From Neophaeotheca triangularis (Eukaryota), in NCBI GenBank assembly GCA_054600435.1, contig BAAIJX010000096.1, positions 1 through 47,501 on the forward strand: 47,501 nt of DNA, in the 5' to 3' direction. The stretch's first letter is position 1. Each line of letters begins with the position of its first letter. Made by a program: the position numbers and the translations under genes. This document shows, piece by piece, positions 21,468 through 33,065 of the stretch. Below the pieces are notes generated by a model. The model saw nothing but the letters and a program-made list of their open reading frames with translations. It was not told where the DNA came from and made no database searches.

Positions 21468-22390
21468 GAGTGGTGGTCAAGGTGGTGGAGGTGGTGGGGC
21501 TCCTTGTCAAAGTAGTATGTCGGCTGGACTTCGTAGACTGGTATTAGTAGATTGGGCTGCTGGGGCATTCTTGCACGCCCTTTGCACCTAGTGAGGTAGG
21601 CAGTGGTGGAATCGTGGTCGTTGGCGGCCGGTAACTAACGGGTGTGCAGGCAGGCGGCGCGCATGCAAATCAGCAGCAATGGTAAGCGAGAGAGACCAAG
21701 GCCAGGTGCCGGTGCGGCGGTGATAGTCGACGAGTCGTTAACCAGGTAGCGACTGGGGGGCAGGACCCGGGGTGGGATAGCGGGAGTGAAGTCCGGGTGG
21801 TAGTGGCAGTAGAGGAAGATGTCACTTGGGTGATGTAGGTGGTGGTGGTGGTGGTGGTGGTGCAACAAACGCAACTTTCACGTGGCTAAGCTGCGCACGC
21901 TGATGGGTTGTTGTCTCGGGGGCATCCGCTGATTCCCCTTGCTGTCACCAAAAGCTTGCCCTTAACTATCCCTCCTTTAGTCACTTTTGTTCGATAAGAA
22001 AACACAAGCATGACTGGTACTACTGCATGAAGTAGTGTCAAAATCAAACCTACGTCTCGATCACTGTGACACGTATTGCTAGTAGACTTTCCAGCTTGCC
22101 GGGACAAGAAATCCTCGCCATGCTTCATCGCTGTGTCGTGAACTAAAGTAAAATTGCTGGGCGATGACCTTAGGATTCGTTCGAAATACTATCAAGACAG
22201 TCTCCCACCACTATCAAATACACTCTTGATCTCATTCCCAAGTCTTTCATCTCCCCCTGCTTCCAAAGATGCCACACTCACACCCAGGCCAATGCACCGG
22301 ATCCCCCGGCGCACAAGGAACAAAACCCGTCGTCCACAGCCTCTGCCCAAACCCCACTCTCAATCCACCACCCTCAATCACAGAACCAGC

Positions 22391-25258
22391 CTAAAGCGCC
22401 ATAATCTGCCTCTCAACGGTCCTAACGCGCTCCCTGACATCCAAATCCCCATCCTGCTGCAACCTGCCCACGGCATCCACAAACCCCAAGTCCCGCAAGA
22501 CTTGGCAGCGTTGCCGTGTCGCGGCGCGCTCTGATTCGTTTTCCACCCAGGTTAGGTTGATGATGGCCCAGACGCAGATGACGCGGATTCTGCGGTCCGG
22601 GTGGCCGAAGAGCGGAAGCCAATTTTGAAGGAGGGAGCGGTTTGCCGGGTCCGTGAGAAGGGCACGGTGCCGGGGGGAGGCAGCTGCCATGTGGTTGACA
22701 AGGTGGAGGGCGGAGAGGGTGAGCTCGGGGGGTTGGGAGGGGGCGAGGCGGTTGGTCAGGAGGGTTAGGACACGGTCGGTGCCGAGAGTGGAGAGGAGAT
22801 GGTCAGTGAGCTCGGGCGCGCTGTCGCCGTTAACGAGGTTGCGTATGAAGTCCAGGGCTTGTTCTTGGCAGGCTGAAGCGTCGCGGATGGGTTGGCGGGA
22901 CTCGTGAGTTTCCATTGCCTTGACCGCGGTGCTGAAGCGCGAAAGGGAGAAGTGAAAGGCGTGAGTTTTGAGGGTTGAGCGGAGTGATGAGGACTGGTAA
23001 TGCGTGTCATTTGTGCCATCATAGATAACTGCGCCGTCTTCGTCGTCCATTGCGTCGGCGGCATTCGTGTGAGGCTCCGTGTCGTTGTCTACGTCCATTG
23101 AGCTTGGATTGAGTAGGTCGGCAAGACTGACACCGCCACTGCCGCTATGTGTGGATGCATCGCTGGGGCGGTCGCCGGAGATGACGCCAATTAACCATTC
23201 CGGCCCCAGCTCTTGCAGTGTTGACAGTTTGACCTCTTTCGGCGCAGACAGAACGAGATGCTTCAGTGACCAAAGCGAACTGAGGCGTAGCGGGGCTGAT
23301 CCAGTCCGAGCGTGCTCAGTGAGAATCTTGACGGCACCCGCCGCCATGATGTCTTCCCTCATCGGGCTAAAGTCCAAAACTAGATTGCAGCAGACGTTGG
23401 TGGCTTCAATCTTCACATCGTCGTTGGGATGGTTAATGAGGGAAAAGAGGGGCTTGGCGATGCCTGCGTCGATGAGACTTGTCCTCAGCAAACTAACGCT
23501 CCTAGACATCATCCGAGCAGCGCTGCAGGCGGCGATGATGGTATCGACGGTGTTGCCGTCTCTTGGGGCCAAGCGTCCCGTGGTTCGAAGTTTCTGCTCC
23601 AAGTTCGATGGCAATAGTTTCAGAGAGTCCACAATGCACGGCACAGCCCCATTTTCGACAATTGCCTTTCGATGTAGATCCTCAGTCGCACAAATGGCTG
23701 CAATGGCCGCCAACGCACCTCTCCGAGCTCGCATAGATTGCATAATTTCATTGGGAATTCCATGGCCGCCCATTCTGCACGTCTCCGGGGTGTCCGCTGA
23801 GGCACTCCCGTTAGGCTTTGGAATCCACATTGGCTTTGTGAGTGTGATTGGGTCGAAGCTCTTCTTAAGGACTGCGCAGAGATGTCTGATCGCTCCAGCC
23901 TCCACTGCAGCAGTCTGCATTTCACGACTAGTGGCCACCAGCTGCGCAAGTACTAGACAAGCATTTAACCTTTCGACGGGGTCGTTGCTTGATGGTCTTT
24001 TGGCGTTTGTCTTGCCAACATCTTCTTTGCCACCTTCCGTCATTTCCTCCATGAGCTCAACCGCCATGGGAACAGCGTACAAGCTGACTTTGCGGCTACG
24101 CTCCCTCACTTTCTGCACGTCCTCGGGGTTCACCTGTGCAGTAAGCACGATATCCTCGGACGGCGCGTGTACTCTTGCAAGTAGCGATAGAGCGGCGAGT
24201 CGAGCGTGCCCTGAGAAAGTTCGGGCTAGGTGTATCAACCACGCGCATAGTGAGTTAGCGACACCTCCGCAACCGCCGTGAAACGTATCCTGGGGGCCAT
24301 CTTCACTTCGCATGCCGAATCTCGAAGGATGCATTGGAATAGATTGCGGGCCGCTTTGGAAAGAGACACTTTTGTAGGCGTGTGTCGGCGGCGTAGGTAA
24401 GAGGCGTGCGCTTGGCGAAGAATTGGCGCTGATGAAGATTTTGTTTCGAGCAATCGCAAGCACGAAGCGAGATGCCCTGTGTTGGGAGTTGCCAATGATA
24501 ACGGCAGTCGCGTCAAGTATGCTAGGTATGATGGATTCTGGAGGAGTGCGCGTATGGCTTTGGTGTTTGCTCTGACGAATAACATGACCCTGCGAGACAG
24601 CATAATCGGCCAGATACTGTGCGAATCGATCCAGAATGCGTGACTTTGCTATCAATGTGCGGTCACTTTCTTCCTTTACAGCATGCCTGATGATGCCTGC
24701 AATCAAATTCATATGCTTCGCCTCTGTCCTGGTCGGTTCCTCCGGTAGAAGCTCGTGGATTGTGTCAACGACACTACCCTCGAAGAACCCGGCAGTTGCC
24801 GAAGAGTCGATTGCGTCCATTTCCTCCGCATCTGACAAAGCCGCGAAGATGTTTTGGAGGGCCTGCAAAGTCGACACAACCAGCCTGGGTTGCGTCTTCT
24901 TCGACAGTCCAGATATCAACACTTTCCGCGCACCGCCTGCCAGCAATGGTGCCACAAAAGCCGGCCCACTATTCGCAATCGTCCCCAGTATCAAGGTCGC
25001 TTGCAGCCTCACTTCATCCTCGGGAGACCACGACCAAGCACCCGGTTCAGTCAAAGAGACACCGCCGTCTTGTCTTCCCTTTCCATTCGCAGCGCTCGCT
25101 ACGATGTCGATGAGAGGCTGAACCAGCCCATTCTGGATGACAATCTCTTTCCGCTGCTCGTGGCCGATGATTTCGTTCTTGAGCTGCCTCAATTTTGTGA
25201 TTTGTTCCTCGATGCTACTGGCGGTTTTGATCGCAGCTACGGTGCTGGCGGGCGACAT
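22391..25258 (-). CDS. VID28: Armadillo-repeat protein, ARMC8/Vid28(Gid5)-like GID complex subunit
   Basis: LRQLKNEIIGHEQRKE, RMMSRSVSLLRTSLIDAGIA, CNLVLDFSPMRE, SLWSLKHL, QEQALDFIRN, WAIINLTW and DLDVRERVRT. Confidence 0.85.
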   Translation of the reverse strand: MSPASTVAAIKTASSIEEQITKLRQLKNEIIGHEQRKEIVIQNGLVQPLIDIVASAANGKGRQDGGVSLTEPGAWSWSPEDEVRLQATLILGTIANSGPAFVAPLLAGGARKVLISGLSKKTQPRLVVSTLQALQNIFAALSDAEEMDAIDSSATAGFFEGSVVDTIHELLPEEPTRTEAKHMNLIAGIIRHAVKEESDRTLIAKSRILDRFAQYLADYAVSQGHVIRQSKHQSHTRTPPESIIPSILDATAVIIGNSQHRASRFVLAIARNKIFISANSSPSARLLPTPPTHAYKSVSFQSGPQSIPMHPSRFGMRSEDGPQDTFHGGCGGVANSLCAWLIHLARTFSGHARLAALSLLARVHAPSEDIVLTAQVNPEDVQKVRERSRKVSLYAVPMAVELMEEMTEGGKEDVGKTNAKRPSSNDPVERLNACLVLAQLVATSREMQTAAVEAGAIRHLCAVLKKSFDPITLTKPMWIPKPNGSASADTPETCRMGGHGIPNEIMQSMRARRGALAAIAAICATEDLHRKAIVENGAVPCIVDSLKLLPSNLEQKLRTTGRLAPRDGNTVDTIIAACSAARMMSRSVSLLRTSLIDAGIAKPLFSLINHPNDDVKIEATNVCCNLVLDFSPMREDIMAAGAVKILTEHARTGSAPLRLSSLWSLKHLVLSAPKEVKLSTLQELGPEWLIGVISGDRPSDASTHSGSGGVSLADLLNPSSMDVDNDTEPHTNAADAMDDEDGAVIYDGTNDTHYQSSSLRSTLKTHAFHFSLSRFSTAVKAMETHESRQPIRDASACQEQALDFIRNLVNGDSAPELTDHLLSTLGTDRVLTLLTNRLAPSQPPELTLSALHLVNHMAAASPRHRALLTDPANRSLLQNWLPLFGHPDRRIRVICVWAIINLTWVENESERAATRQRCQVLRDLGFVDAVGRLQQDGDLDVRERVRTVERQIMAL

Positions 25259-25871
25259 TGTCGCCGTTGCTGTTTGGAGAGTCGAATTGTGGATCTCTCA
25301 TGCGAGGGGCGTCGTCGAGTCGAATTCTAGTCGAACTGGAATGTATTCGAATGCTCACATAAGATCTCACGGCAGTATTAGTGGTATAGTGTTGTGTACG
25401 TGGAGTAATGCTGGCATGCAAGGTATCAAGTGTCGTCCAGAGCTCCCGTCCCCTTTGGTCAAGTCGAGCTCTTAGTCAGCCTTGTTTGTCTCCAGGCAGC
25501 TCCGACCCCACCACCCCCTCCCCTCCCTCCCCATCGTACTCCTTCACCAGGACCTACAAATGGAGATCAGTTTCAGCTAGACCTTGCGGACTCGTCCATG
25601 AATCTGGTCGATTTGACGACTTTCTTGCAGCCCACCGTAACAATAGCCATCAGGGTGAGGTCGAGGGGCAGACTGAAGGTTACATGTTATGAGGTACTAC
25701 CGTATGTACCTAGGGTCCACGATGATATCACACGGTAACAAGGTGAAGGACACAACTACACCTTTTCCATCCGCTCTCGTTTCCTGTTCTTTCTTCAATT
25801 CACACTCCATCTCAACCCATCGCATTAACCCAGCCAGCGAAGCCTCTTCAACTTACAACAGAACAGAGACC

Positions 25872-26654
25872 ATGGCCATGCAAATCTTCATCACCGGCTC
25901 CTCAGACGGCCTGGGCAAAGCAGCCGCCAACCACCTGATCAAAGCCGGCCACAGAGTCACCATCCACGCGCGCAACGAACAACGCGCCCAAGAAGCACAA
26001 TCTGCCGTCCCTGGAGCCGAAGGCTGCCTCGTAGGCGACCTCTCGAGCCTCTCACAGACAAAACAGCTAGCGGAAAAAGCCAACGCAACCACAACCTTCG
26101 ACTGCGTCATCCACAACTGCGGCATCTACCAAGGTCCCTTCCGCCCAACCGACAAAGGCTACCCGAGCCTCCTCGTAGTCAACGTGCTCGCGCCCTACAT
26201 GCTCACCTGCCTCATGCACAAACCCCGCCACTCCCTAGTCTACCTATCCAGCGACAGCCATTTCAGCGGCGACGGCAGTCTCAAAGACTTGCTGTGGCAG
26301 GAGCGCGGCCAGGCGAAGTGGAGCGACCATCGAGCCTACGGCGACAGCAAACTGTGCAACAACTTGCTCGCCAATGCTTTCGCGAGACGCTGGCCGGATA
26401 TCAGGAGCAACTCTTTCCATCCCGGCTGGGTGGCTACGAAGATGGGGGGCTCCATGGCGCCTGGGAGTTTGAACGCTGGCATGGAGACTTATCAGGTTTT
26501 GGCCGAGGGGAAGGGCAAGGGTGATTGCTCTGGAAAGTTCTTTTACCCTGGGGCTAAAGAGACGCAACCGCAGGCTGCGGCTGAGAGTGAGGAGACGCAG
26601 GAGAAGTTGATTGATATCTGCAAGGAGGCTACGGGGGTTAGCCCGCCGTCATAA
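25872..26654 (+). CDS. Short-chain dehydrogenase/reductase
   Basis: ITGSSDGLG, VIHNCG, YGDSK (YxxxK) and HPGWVATKMGG; ATG at 25872. Confidence 0.92.
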   Translation: MAMQIFITGSSDGLGKAAANHLIKAGHRVTIHARNEQRAQEAQSAVPGAEGCLVGDLSSLSQTKQLAEKANATTTFDCVIHNCGIYQGPFRPTDKGYPSLLVVNVLAPYMLTCLMHKPRHSLVYLSSDSHFSGDGSLKDLLWQERGQAKWSDHRAYGDSKLCNNLLANAFARRWPDIRSNSFHPGWVATKMGGSMAPGSLNAGMETYQVLAEGKGKGDCSGKFFYPGAKETQPQAAAESEETQEKLIDICKEATGVSPPS

Positions 26655-27016
26655 GAAGTGGAGGGAAGTATTGAAAGCATGGTGCGGGCATATCTTGGGA
26701 GGATCATCACGTGAATAGACGTACAGCATAGAAAGCCGTGAAGGAAAATGGGCCATGACAATCAACGAACCTTTGATAATCTCCCCATGGTAACAGTTCT
26801 GACGCTAGTAATCTCCGGGTTCCGCAAGGCAAACTCCGCCTCCAACCCTGCAGTAGCAGCCGAGTCTCACTGTCAACGGTAAGAGATTGTTCAGTCCACA
26901 GGATGTTCGATTTGCAGCATACGCAACGCCATTCCTCGCCATCGGGTATCTATACCTTTTTGAAAACGCCTTGTGTACCACGCTGCCGTCCGCATCCTCC
27001 CGCAAAAAACTACCCC

Positions 27017-28470
27017 TTACACCTCATCATCCTCGCCCGAATCCCAACCGAACCTCACAAGATCGCGACCCTGACAGGCTTCCAAACACGGACGTCCGAG
27101 CTGGTCGCATCGAAAATTGAGTTGCGTAATGATATCCGTGTTCCTGGGATCTGTCTTGAGAGCCGACAAGTGCTGGCCGCTGCGCAGCGAGTAAATTTGC
27201 ACCTGCTGATTGGCATCGGGGGCAGCAACCAGACCGCCGTCGTGATCGATAGCGAGGGGGAGTTCTGGACCTTGAGAGTTGTGAGCGATGGAGTAGAGAG
27301 GGGCTTTGGTTTTGACGTGACGGGTGTCGTAGAGGCTGATGGTGGTGTTGGTGCTAACGAGGAGTTGCTGTTGGCTATCGTTGGCGGCTTTGAGGCCGGT
27401 GATGGCTGCTTGGTCCTGGAAGCGGAGGGCGACGTCTTGGGCTCGGACGTCGTAGAGGAAGATTGCGCCGGCTGGGCCGTTGAGCGGCTGCCTGCCGCTT
27501 CTCGAGAGCAGACATGAATCTCCAGCGAGGGTGGACTGTCCTGCCGCGAGAAGGTTGGGACTCAGCCAGTCTAGGGCGCGGTAGGAGGACCAGGAAGTCA
27601 AGAGGTCGGTGGGCCGGAGATTTGTCATGTCTGACAATAAGACGCCTTGGGTCGTGCCGATTGCGCTGTAGTCGGCTGAGGGGTTGATGGCGCAAGTCCA
27701 TAGGGATATTTCCCAGGATGGCTTGATTCCGAGGATAACGGCGACCGAGTGCACGGTCGTGTTCGTGCTGTTGATGGTCTCGCCATCGTCGAGCATGACG
27801 GAATAGTGGAGAGTTCCACTGTAGCCGGGCCGGTTGGAGCACATCATTACGTTAGTGGAGTAGTCGGGTGCACGAGAGACGGCTACTCCAGAGATGTTGT
27901 TCTTAAAACCAGCAATGTCCTTGGTATCGTACCCTTCTGAGGTCGTCATGTCCGTGATGGCGCAGCAGAAATCTGCCGTCGGCGCATCGAGGACCAAAAG
28001 ACGACGATTGAGTGCTGGGAGATGGTGAAGAAATTTGAGCTTCTCGTCGCGTTCGAGGAAAGATAGGTGATTGGTTTTGTCAACGGTCCGGTTCTTGGCC
28101 AACTGGCTCACATAGGCCACGTCCCTCGATTCGGCGTTTGCGCGGTTGGGCTGACCGAGTTCGCGGGATAGACCGCCATGGTAGGTGAGCGGCGAGGAAA
28201 AGAGTCTACTGCGTTTCACGGTCTGCTGCCTTCGCTTGGTCTCAGCGTCTGCCTCGGTCTTGCGTTTCTTCTTAAGATTTCGCTCACGTTGGACGCTCTC
28301 AAACGTGTGCTTCTTGCCAGCTCCGGCCGCTACATTGTGGTTCGCTTGGATCTGGAAGTACTTGCCGCGGTCGCTGTCTGGGAACAAGGTCAGCAGGTGA
28401 GGTTTCACACCGAATGACTTGAAATGGGATCCTTACCCCAGTGAAAACCGGGCAGCTCGCCTCGATACAT
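27017..28470 (-). CDS. DCAF4/WDR21-like WD40 protein; exons 28470-28437 and 28377-27017
   Basis: Spliced N-terminus MYRGELPGFHWDSDRGKYFQI matches the ELPGF..D....KYF motif; WD-like LYDVR, LYDTR and IYSLRSG; intron GTAAGG..CTGAC..CCCAG. Confidence 0.75.
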
Positions 28471-28869
28471 CTTGCCTTTGTGAGCGCCGCTTCCGCCTGT
28501 ACGCTGTGATGAAAGATACAGTCAACGTCCAATCCGCGCCAGACCGACAAAGTGAAGGAGGCGGCGCTAGTGTACTTGTTTCTAGCAAAGACTGAAGTTT
28601 CAGGATTATGGGACGAGGCTTGGAGGCTTTCACGTGAAGTTCAAAGCAAGAGTCCGATCCAACCTGAATAGGGACCAGCGCTGCTTAGTCACAGCCAAAA
28701 CGCGCTACTGCAAAACGCGCATGGAGCACGGACTATATAAATCTCGTTTCGCGCCAGACCGCACTTCGTTCCACAAAGTAACAACACTGCGAGGAGAGGT
28801 CGGTGAAGAACGTTTGGCTTACATCAATACCACACTAATGAATTGCGCTTACAGGGCCTCGTGTAGGTG

Positions 28870-31266
28870 ATGATGATGAGCGCACCGCCGGACCCTCGTC
28901 TCGTTCGCAAGCCTTTTTTCGAGTCTCCTGCTAGCCCCCTCACTGCCGGTAACGGCAACGGCAATGGCAACGGCAAGCGAAAGTCAAACGCGTCCCCAGA
29001 ACAGAGACCTAGAAAGCTTGCTAGAACTGACAATCTACGGGGAGCATCACCGACGCCTACTAGTAGTCCGGGAGGAGGGTCGCCGGTCAACACTCCAACT
29101 CAGCTGCAGGTTCAACCTAACAGTCTTGCTAGTCACACTCCCTCTCGCATTTATGCATCACTCGAGAGGCTCACAAAAGAAATTGGGAGCGTGACTCAAA
29201 AATCAATCGCCAAATCAGAAGCCAAGAGTCTTTGGCACGAGGCGCAGAGTGCCAAGGCCAGTTCTCGCGGCTACGAGGATAGATGGGGGGATAATTCAGA
29301 CTTTCACAGCGACGACAAGGCGAAACAAAGCGTGCGAGACTGTCAACGGCTGCTTCACGACGCAGAAATTAAGAAGCAAGAAGCGTTGACGGAATTCATA
29401 ACTGCATTGTCCGACCATCAGCAACCGAAACACACGACAGATGACATAGGTCACGTGACGTTGGAAGAATTCAAAGCGACTGTCGATGCGCTTCGTGCGG
29501 ATATCAAGGCGGCACAAGCGGGCCAGAGTGAATTGCCTAGCCTTAGGAGAGAACTTGAAGACGCGAAGCAAGAGCTGCAGAAAGTACGAGCGATCGAAGA
29601 TGAGCTTTCCATTGTTAGGAATAACACGGAGGAGTACGGCAAGCCATCTGTCAACAGCAGATTCAAGAGGCTCGATCATCTCGTCAACAACTTGACGAAT
29701 CAAGTAGGCGGGGACGACGCTAGGGTGCCACTCATCCAACGCGTGGTCGACGTTGAAAAGGACAAACATCTAGTCGAGAAAAATCTTGACAGTATGAAGT
29801 CGGTCAAGATGGACATCAACACTCTAGTTCAAAGGGTAGACAACATCCAGCAGCTACGGGGCAACAACATGTTTTTGAAACAGGAAACCAACAATCTGGC
29901 ATCAAGATTGGCCAACACACAGCAGAGGATTGCTCCTCTAGAACCTCTTCCAGAGAAACTCGACACCCTTACCCAAAGGGTGGACCAGACTCAGACTGTT
30001 ACTAAGAGTATTGAAGAGAGCTTGAAAGCAAAGGTTGTTGCCGTCAACAAGCTTAATAACGATATCAAAGCACTGAAGATTGCAAGTGATGCTAGTGGAC
30101 AGGGCAAAGATGTTGCAATTGACAGGCAACTAGCACTAAGCACGGGCAGAGGAACAGCGGAAGACGACGAGTCCAACAACAGACGCTTACAGAAGCTGGA
30201 AGGCCTGTTCGCAGACTTCAACTTTGAGGCTCAAGAGAAGGAGAAAATGGTTGAAGAACACATTGATTCTTTGCTCCAGGAGGTCAAAGATGACATTGCC
30301 AGACTCAGCTCAGAATTCAGGACGGCTATAGAAGAACTCCGGCAGCAACGCAGCCCCCAACCAACCCAGCCTCGCAAACTCAACGGGTTCACTCTAGCCG
30401 AAGGCACCAGCAGCAACAGCGACGGCAGGCCCAACTCCCTTCCCACGCGCACTCCCAACGGCGCCACCCCCTTGGAGTCAGACCAAACCAAAGCCCCTAA
30501 CCTCTCCTCTGAACTCCACCTCGACAACCTGACAAGTAAACTCGACGCCCTAACCCGGCACGTCCACCACCTCCAACGCCTCCACGACAACCTCACCACA
30601 AACGACATACATCAAGCCATGCTCGACCAAATCTCAGAACAATACCCTCACCTCAAAAACTACCAGAGCACCTGCGAAGCGCTCGCTCAAAGTGTCGAAC
30701 AAGTCAAAGCCGGGTTGGAGGAAGTGGTGGGCCAAAGTGTCGAACAAGTCAAAGCCGGGTTGGAGGAAGTGACGGGCCGGGTCCGAGCAGCGGAGGAAGG
30801 GAGCAAAGAAGCTTGCGCGGGTCTGAGAGAGCTGAGAGCGGCGGTCGAGCAGCATGCAAGTGGGCGGTTAGAGGTAGAGTCGAAAGTGGAAGAGGTGGAG
30901 TCGAAGGTAGAAGGTCTGGAGCAATGGGGCCACGAATGCGATAGCCGGGTGGGAAGCCTAGAGCAGGGGGTTGAGCAGGCGAGGGGCAGAGTTGACAAGC
31001 ATGACGCGGATTTGGAGACGGTGATGAATCTGTACGAAGTCGTGGTGGAGAATGTGAAGGAGGAGGTTGGGAGGCTGCGGGGGCGAATCGATCAGACTGC
31101 GGCGGCCACAACGACGAGGGATGAGGCCGAAGTGTCTTCGACGACGACCGACGAGGAGCGTGGGCGGTTGTTGCAGAGTTTCCAGCGTGGGAGAGGAAGG
31201 GGGGTGGGGAGTGTTGGCGCTGCGCTCAAATGTCGTGGCCGCGGCGGGGGGTTGAGGAGGGGGTAG
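28870..31266 (+). CDS. Large coiled-coil protein of unknown function (~797 aa)
   Basis: Long ORF with a PPDPRL N-terminus and extended heptad-like regions; 45-bp-period duplication QSVEQVKAGLEEV at 30688 and 30733. Confidence 0.75.
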   Translation: MMMSAPPDPRLVRKPFFESPASPLTAGNGNGNGNGKRKSNASPEQRPRKLARTDNLRGASPTPTSSPGGGSPVNTPTQLQVQPNSLASHTPSRIYASLERLTKEIGSVTQKSIAKSEAKSLWHEAQSAKASSRGYEDRWGDNSDFHSDDKAKQSVRDCQRLLHDAEIKKQEALTEFITALSDHQQPKHTTDDIGHVTLEEFKATVDALRADIKAAQAGQSELPSLRRELEDAKQELQKVRAIEDELSIVRNNTEEYGKPSVNSRFKRLDHLVNNLTNQVGGDDARVPLIQRVVDVEKDKHLVEKNLDSMKSVKMDINTLVQRVDNIQQLRGNNMFLKQETNNLASRLANTQQRIAPLEPLPEKLDTLTQRVDQTQTVTKSIEESLKAKVVAVNKLNNDIKALKIASDASGQGKDVAIDRQLALSTGRGTAEDDESNNRRLQKLEGLFADFNFEAQEKEKMVEEHIDSLLQEVKDDIARLSSEFRTAIEELRQQRSPQPTQPRKLNGFTLAEGTSSNSDGRPNSLPTRTPNGATPLESDQTKAPNLSSELHLDNLTSKLDALTRHVHHLQRLHDNLTTNDIHQAMLDQISEQYPHLKNYQSTCEALAQSVEQVKAGLEEVVGQSVEQVKAGLEEVTGRVRAAEEGSKEACAGLRELRAAVEQHASGRLEVESKVEEVESKVEGLEQWGHECDSRVGSLEQGVEQARGRVDKHDADLETVMNLYEVVVENVKEEVGRLRGRIDQTAAATTTRDEAEVSSTTTDEERGRLLQSFQRGRGRGVGSVGAALKCRGRGGGLRRG

Positions 31267-32402
31267 TGACGTCCCCGGGTTTTCACAGCAACGACGTTTT
31301 TTGGAGCTTTGTTGATTTCTTGCCTTTGTTTTCAGGCACAGGCTGCGGCTTCTCCCACTGCTGCAGCTTGAGGCGGGTGCTGCATGGTTGCTGCGACGAG
31401 CATATGATACCCCTTTTTTTCTTCGGTTTCCGATTTCTTTTGCGTGGGGACGGGGTGCGGTTTGCCGGTTCATGGAGAGGATGCGTGGGTGGGTATAGTA
31501 GGTCGTGGCGGCGAGGTCAAGACTTGAACATGGCACGGTTGAATCGTTGCTGAGAGCCGGATGTGGTTGATGGTGCTGTGTGGGTGGAGATGGCTTCTGG
31601 CTCAGCGGTCGCGGACCTCGTGGGGCTTTTTTCATTGCCTTTGCTTGGGAGTGAGGGTTGAGGGGTTTTCCGGGGTTTATTCCTCGACGCCGGCCTCAAT
31701 CGACGAGATGAAGGGAAAGAAACGGAGGCGAGCTACGACGGCAACGATACGATGGCATGGCATGGCGTAATCATGATAACCACGGCATAGGACATGAATA
31801 GTACAGCTTATGATGTACAAATGATGACATTCCCAAGCGAAGCTAACCTGTCCCGAAATGTGATGAGGAAGAAAGACTCCCCCCTTTGACTCTCTGCAGA
31901 CTACGACAATGAATCGCTCGAGACACTGTCCCCCGCCCGGGTTCCTCAATCGAAACCTCTACTCGAAACCCCTTCCTTGATAGCGTCGGAGAGTGTAGGC
32001 TCAAGGCACGATTCGAAAGCATTGCAGTGGATTGAAGTCGACGATAGCATTCCTCTAGCAACGAGCAGGGGACCAAACACCCCAAGCACATCTCACGTCT
32101 TGTAGACGAAGCGGCATATCCCTCCCTCCCTCCCTTCCTTTCCGCGACAAGTCAACTCCGTACAGTCACATCGCATCGCATGGTTGAATGATGATTCGCA
32201 TAGCATCCGTGGTATCTCGCAAACGACAATTCAAGCAACGCATTCTCCATAAGCCAGCCCTACTCTGGCCGAGCAAGCAAACAGAGGAAAAGAAAAACAC
32301 ACCCTCGCAGCGCCTCTCTCCATCCATGGCTACCCCCACGCCTCCAACTCCATAGCCTGACCCAGATGTACTCCCAGCCTCACGCCTAGTTGCAAGACTT
32401 AA

Positions 32403-33065
32403 TCAAGCGCCCTCGTGGATATTCACATTCCCATCCGGTTTCGGCGTAGAACCCCTCGTAGTAGGCGAAGTCGTGTTGCCGCGCGCGCCACCCCGGAACA
32501 TGGCAAGAGCTGCTAGGGCTGTCGTGACGGCGAAGAGGAGCCTGATGAGGTCGTTGAGTTAGCTTGGAAAAGACTTTGAGTGAAAGCTTTGAGATCAAAA
32601 CTCACCAAGTAAAACCGCCGAAAACAGCGGCGGCCCTGCCTGCGGCGCATACATGGCCAAAACATACCCGATCGCCCAAGAAGACGGCTACGGCGATGAA
32701 ACCCGCGAACCAGAAGAGCATGGTCAATGCTTCCAAGCCTAGAATGAGGTAGGGGTTGGCGAGCACGCTGGTGCTGAAGCGGTTGGGGATGATGAAGAGG
32801 TAGATGAGGACGAGGAGGGTCCAGATGCTGGTGAAGAGGAGGAAGGAGATTTGGGCTGGGGCTGTGGAGTTCCAGTAGGAAGACCACCAGGATGCGACTT
32901 TTGGGGATAGGGTGTTAGTGGAATTGGGGGGGTTTTAGGTGAACATGGGTGGAGAGCTGGGGGGAGGGAAGACTTGCCGTATGCTGTTAGGCCTAGGACT
33001 ATAATTGCGAAGATTGCCTGGGCGATGCGGAGGCCAAGGGTTATTTTGGAGGTATCGTAGCGCAT
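32403..33065 (-). CDS. MARVEL-domain membrane protein, 172 aa; exons 33065-32978, 32897-32606, 32541-32403
   Basis: LRIAQAIFAIIVLGLTAY, FLLFTSIW, LEALTMLFWFAGFIAVA and C..C.AGRAAAVFGGFTWLLF; intron 1 has a GC donor (GCAAGT). Confidence 0.9.

Noticed and set aside
23079..24281. 400-aa plus-strand ORF, and similar ORFs such as 16021-16722, 35408-36070 and 36817-37374
   Set aside because: Antisense to well-supported conserved genes; expected from codon bias.
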